Translations under genes and position numbers: made by a program
From: Callorhinchus milii
Lineage: Eukaryota
Assembly (NCBI RefSeq): GCF_018977255.1
Contig: NW_024704743.1
Coordinates: 102,984,001 to 103,048,000 of the forward strand
DNA: 64,000 nt
Direction of reading: 5' to 3'
The notes under the pieces: model-generated
Told to the model about the DNA's origin: nothing
What the model saw: only the letters and a program-made list of their open reading frames with translations
Databases searched by the model: none
Shown: in pieces, positions 61,022-64,000 of the stretch
How the letters are laid out: every line of letters starts with the position of its first letter
Position numbering within the stretch: position 1 is the first letter of the stretch

Positions 61022-61358
61022 ACAATGGAGAAGTAATTTCCACTGACGGGTGGGTTAGTAACCTGAGGACACCGATTTAAAATAGTTGTTAAAAGAAACA
61101 GAGTGAAAGTGAGGAAAATATTTTTCACACATCGAGTTGTTTGGATCTGGAATGCATTGCCTGAAAGGGTGGTGGAAGCCGATTCGATAACAGCTTTTAA
61201 GAGAGTAGATAATTATTTGGGGAGGACAAGTTTGCAGGGCTATGGGGAGTAAGCGGGGGAGAGAGGGATTGAGTTGGATAGCTCTTTTCAAAGAGCCGGC
61301 ACAGACACAATGGATCGAATGGCCTCCTTCTGTGCTGTATAATTCTATGATTCTACGA
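61022..61358 (+). mobile_element. CR1 LINE 3' end
   Basis: tttttcacacatcgagttgtttggatctggaatgcattgcctgaaagggtggtggaagc...aatggcctccttctgtgctgtataattctatgattcta. Confidence 0.88.
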
Positions 61359-61364
61359 TGAGAG

Positions 61365-62061
61365 TTTGCTTCAACAACATTCAACAACTATACTTTGCAA
61401 TCTCATTAAAATAAAGGCATTGTCACATTTAAAACAAAAACTGTCATGTATTCAGCCTTCCTTTTGAGAATGCATCCAACTTGTGTTCTGCCAATGCAAT
61501 AGATCACAGATAACTGTCTATGAATTTTGCCCTCACTGTTTTTGATTAAGTCCACTCTCTCACGTAAGGACAACTCCTTCCGTGGTGGCATGTTTACAGC
61601 ACTTGTCAACAGTCAGTAAATCAAAATAAACAATTTACACACAAACCATGTGCTCTGAATATAGCACTTACCAAGAATTGGCGGCAGGAGCTCAGGTTAG
61701 GCCGCAGGTACCGGGCAAAGTCATTTTCCGCTTCCGCGATCCCAACACTCCACGCGCCGCACATGCGCTACCGGAACCCATTCTGCCCACATTAGCAGTG
61801 TCGAGGAAACAGTGCAAGAAGCCTAAGGCCTAACACACTGTGTACTGTACAGGTTAGTAGCGGAGGTGGGTGTTTGTACCGCGTTTGAAGTGGAGGAGGG
61901 CGCTGTAGGGGCCGCAATCAATGACCTGAACAGTGAGGTGCCCGATTTACTGAAGCAGACAGACCATCTTTGAACATTGACATTGAAAGAGACTGTGGAA
62001 ACGTGCCCACATTTGCGAGACGGCTGGATTACCGAGGTGACCACAAACTGGGTTTCAACTG
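61365..62061 (-). mobile_element. Tigger/pogo (Tc1-mariner superfamily) DNA transposon relic: 5' TIR and N-terminal DNA-binding domain
   Basis: Terminus TA|CAGTTGAAACC on the minus strand at 62061. Peptide MPPRKELSLRERVDLIKNSEGKIHRQLSVIYCIGRTQVGCILKRKAEY (61591 downward) resembles the CENP-B/psq-type HTH of Tigger transposases. Confidence 0.8.
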
Positions 62062-62079
62062 TATATATACATATATATA

Positions 62080-62553
62080 TACCACCTGCACAAGGAAAAT
62101 GTCCCTGTGTCTGGGATGGAATGTGCACCATCACCCTGGAGTGACACATCCTGCTTACCTAATTCCAGACAGTGTTAGGTGCAGATTGGCCAGAATTAAA
62201 GCTTTGGACCCCAGAATGTGTTTTGGGCTATCACACTGCCTGGGAAGCACCCTCTGCTTGTCCAGTTAGAACTACCCTCTTGGGCTTTGGGTTAGGGTTA
62301 ATAAGAGCCAAGTGGGAAGAATTGCCCAGTGAATGGTTTACTCCTCCAAGTTCTACCTATAAACCAGGCTACCTGGTCTGGTACCAGCACTGCTCTGGCA
62401 TACTGTGTATCTATCTGGTTCAGACACTAGGCAACCAAGACTATCAAAGAGGGCTGATTTGATTCTAAAATTCCATTGTCAATCATTGCCAAAATTGCAT
62501 TCCCATTCAGCCCCAAGGGGACTCTGTGTATCTCCCCAAAGGAAGGTTGTCAC
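62080..62553 (+). mobile_element. Unclassified LTR-like dispersed repeat, copy 2
   Basis: Collinear similarity to 27990-28570; TATA-like ctataaa at about 62357; ends GTTGTCAC. Confidence 0.6.
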
Positions 62554-62929
62554 TTCTCAAAATGTAGGATCGTTGGGTGGGAAGTGAAATGGGAACATTA
62601 TTCCATAGAGACTTGTGGATTTGATGCACTTTAGCCATTTTCCACTCTTTCCTGTCTATGTATCTATGGTAAAGTATGTTTTGTGGCAGGAAGAGGCTTC
62701 TTGGGTTGAAATGACCTATTTTCCACATGAGACTTACTGTGCAATCATTTGCAACAGCTAAGGTACATAATCAAGTTCTTGGTCTGAAGTTGACTGCGTT
62801 GAAATTTATATTTGGGTGGAATTTCAATTCAACAGTCTTAAATTCAGTCTTCATTTGGAGATCTGTTTCCAATTTTTTTAAAAAAAATATCTTGGAAAAT
62901 CAACTTTTAAATTAAGCTAGAATTTAAGA

Positions 62930-63545
62930 ATATAAGATCATAAGAATTGCTGGACAAAAGAAGACCAGGGTCTATTCAATTTGCCTTTCACCATTCTGGC
63001 TGTTGCATGCACATGTCATGTCCCAATCTGAAATCCATATCCCATGATATTATTTTCTAAGAAAGAGAAATTTGTGTCATTTGCTTTTGAAATAATCAAC
63101 ATTTTCTGCTTCCACTATCTCCCTAGGGAGTCTGTTCCATACATTTCCTGCTGAAGTAGTGTTCTCCGCAGATTTGTTTTGAATTTGCCCCCTTCAATTG
63201 CTTCTCTGGTTCTACTGTTCTGGACAAGATAAAACAGTTTATCTTGGTCTACATTATCCAGTCCCTTTAAAATCTTAAAAAACTGCTATCATATCGCCTC
63301 TCAACCTTCTGTTTTCCAGTGTGAATATGCCCAATTTACTTAATCGCTCCTAGTCCAGTTCCTTCATCACCTCAATCATTCTGGTTGCCCTCTTCTGTAT
63401 TTTCTGAATTGCTGCAATATCCTTTTTCTACTGCGCCAACCAGAATTGCACAAATTATTCCTCGTGGCAGGATTACCTCACTATTTCGGCTCAATATTGC
63501 CCTTTTAATACAACCCAGCATCTCTTTTGCCTTACTTACTGCTGT
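62930..63545 (-). mobile_element. Old CR1 LINE 3' fragment
   Basis: cataagaattgctggacaaaagaagacc tail...tatcgcctctcaaccttctgttttccag...ctggttgccctcttctg...accagaattgcacaaattattc. Confidence 0.75.
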
Positions 63546-64000
63546 CAAGATTTAAGACTATTTTCCAAAATTCCCCAAACCTTACATTTTAAAACTTAAG
63601 CCTGAAAGCCTGACAATATTTGGGTCACATGGATGCTTTATGTTGTGATTATGAAGGGATTGGGCGCGATCGATATGAGATTTTCCTGTCACTTCTTCAT
63701 AAGTATTTTTTGAATCCTGGAGATAAATCACATCTGCAGTCAAAGTTTCAAAAAGAAAAAGAAAACAAGTCAGAATGAGAAAAGCCAGCCAAGCAATTTC
63801 ACGAAGGCACAGTGTGCCATTTCTGATACACTCTGTCGAAACAGATATAGCTGACGAACTGACTAATTGTCTTATAAGTCCAATCATCTATTGACAGATA
63901 TCAAGCATGGTCGCTTTGAGTCCTCATTAACATAATTTTAATGAAGTATATGCTGGAGCCAAACCATAAATGACAGCCACCTTCACTGAAATCAAAAGCA

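Overview
Vertebrate genomic DNA, most likely a cartilaginous fish (inferred from its CR1/L2/Deu-type SINE content, not proven). The whole window lies inside the large neuronal gene CSMD3 (CUB and Sushi multiple domains 3) on the minus strand. Four coding exons have GT-AG boundaries and matching phases: 54149-54261, 42560-42637, 9107-9194 and 4806-4930 (about human exons 6, 8, 9, 10). They splice in frame to encode the end of CUB2, a linker and Sushi2. The introns hold CR1 and L2 LINE fragments (one young L2 keeps ~480 uninterrupted RT codons), two age classes of tRNA-derived Deu-type SINEs, several DNA-transposon relics and two unclassified LTR-like families. Almost all ORFs in the supplied track are chance ORFs or transposon fragments. 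I see no evidence of a wholly new gene system. The best leads are frame-compatible cryptic CSMD3 exons (one with a single in-frame TGA), an RBFOX motif cluster after the 78-nt exon, an apparent Meta+Deu hybrid SINE whose 3' stem-loop covaries with the young L2, and an 8-bp-TSD MITE with atypical ends. Repeat coordinates are approximate, and family names come from recalled consensus sequences, not database searches.
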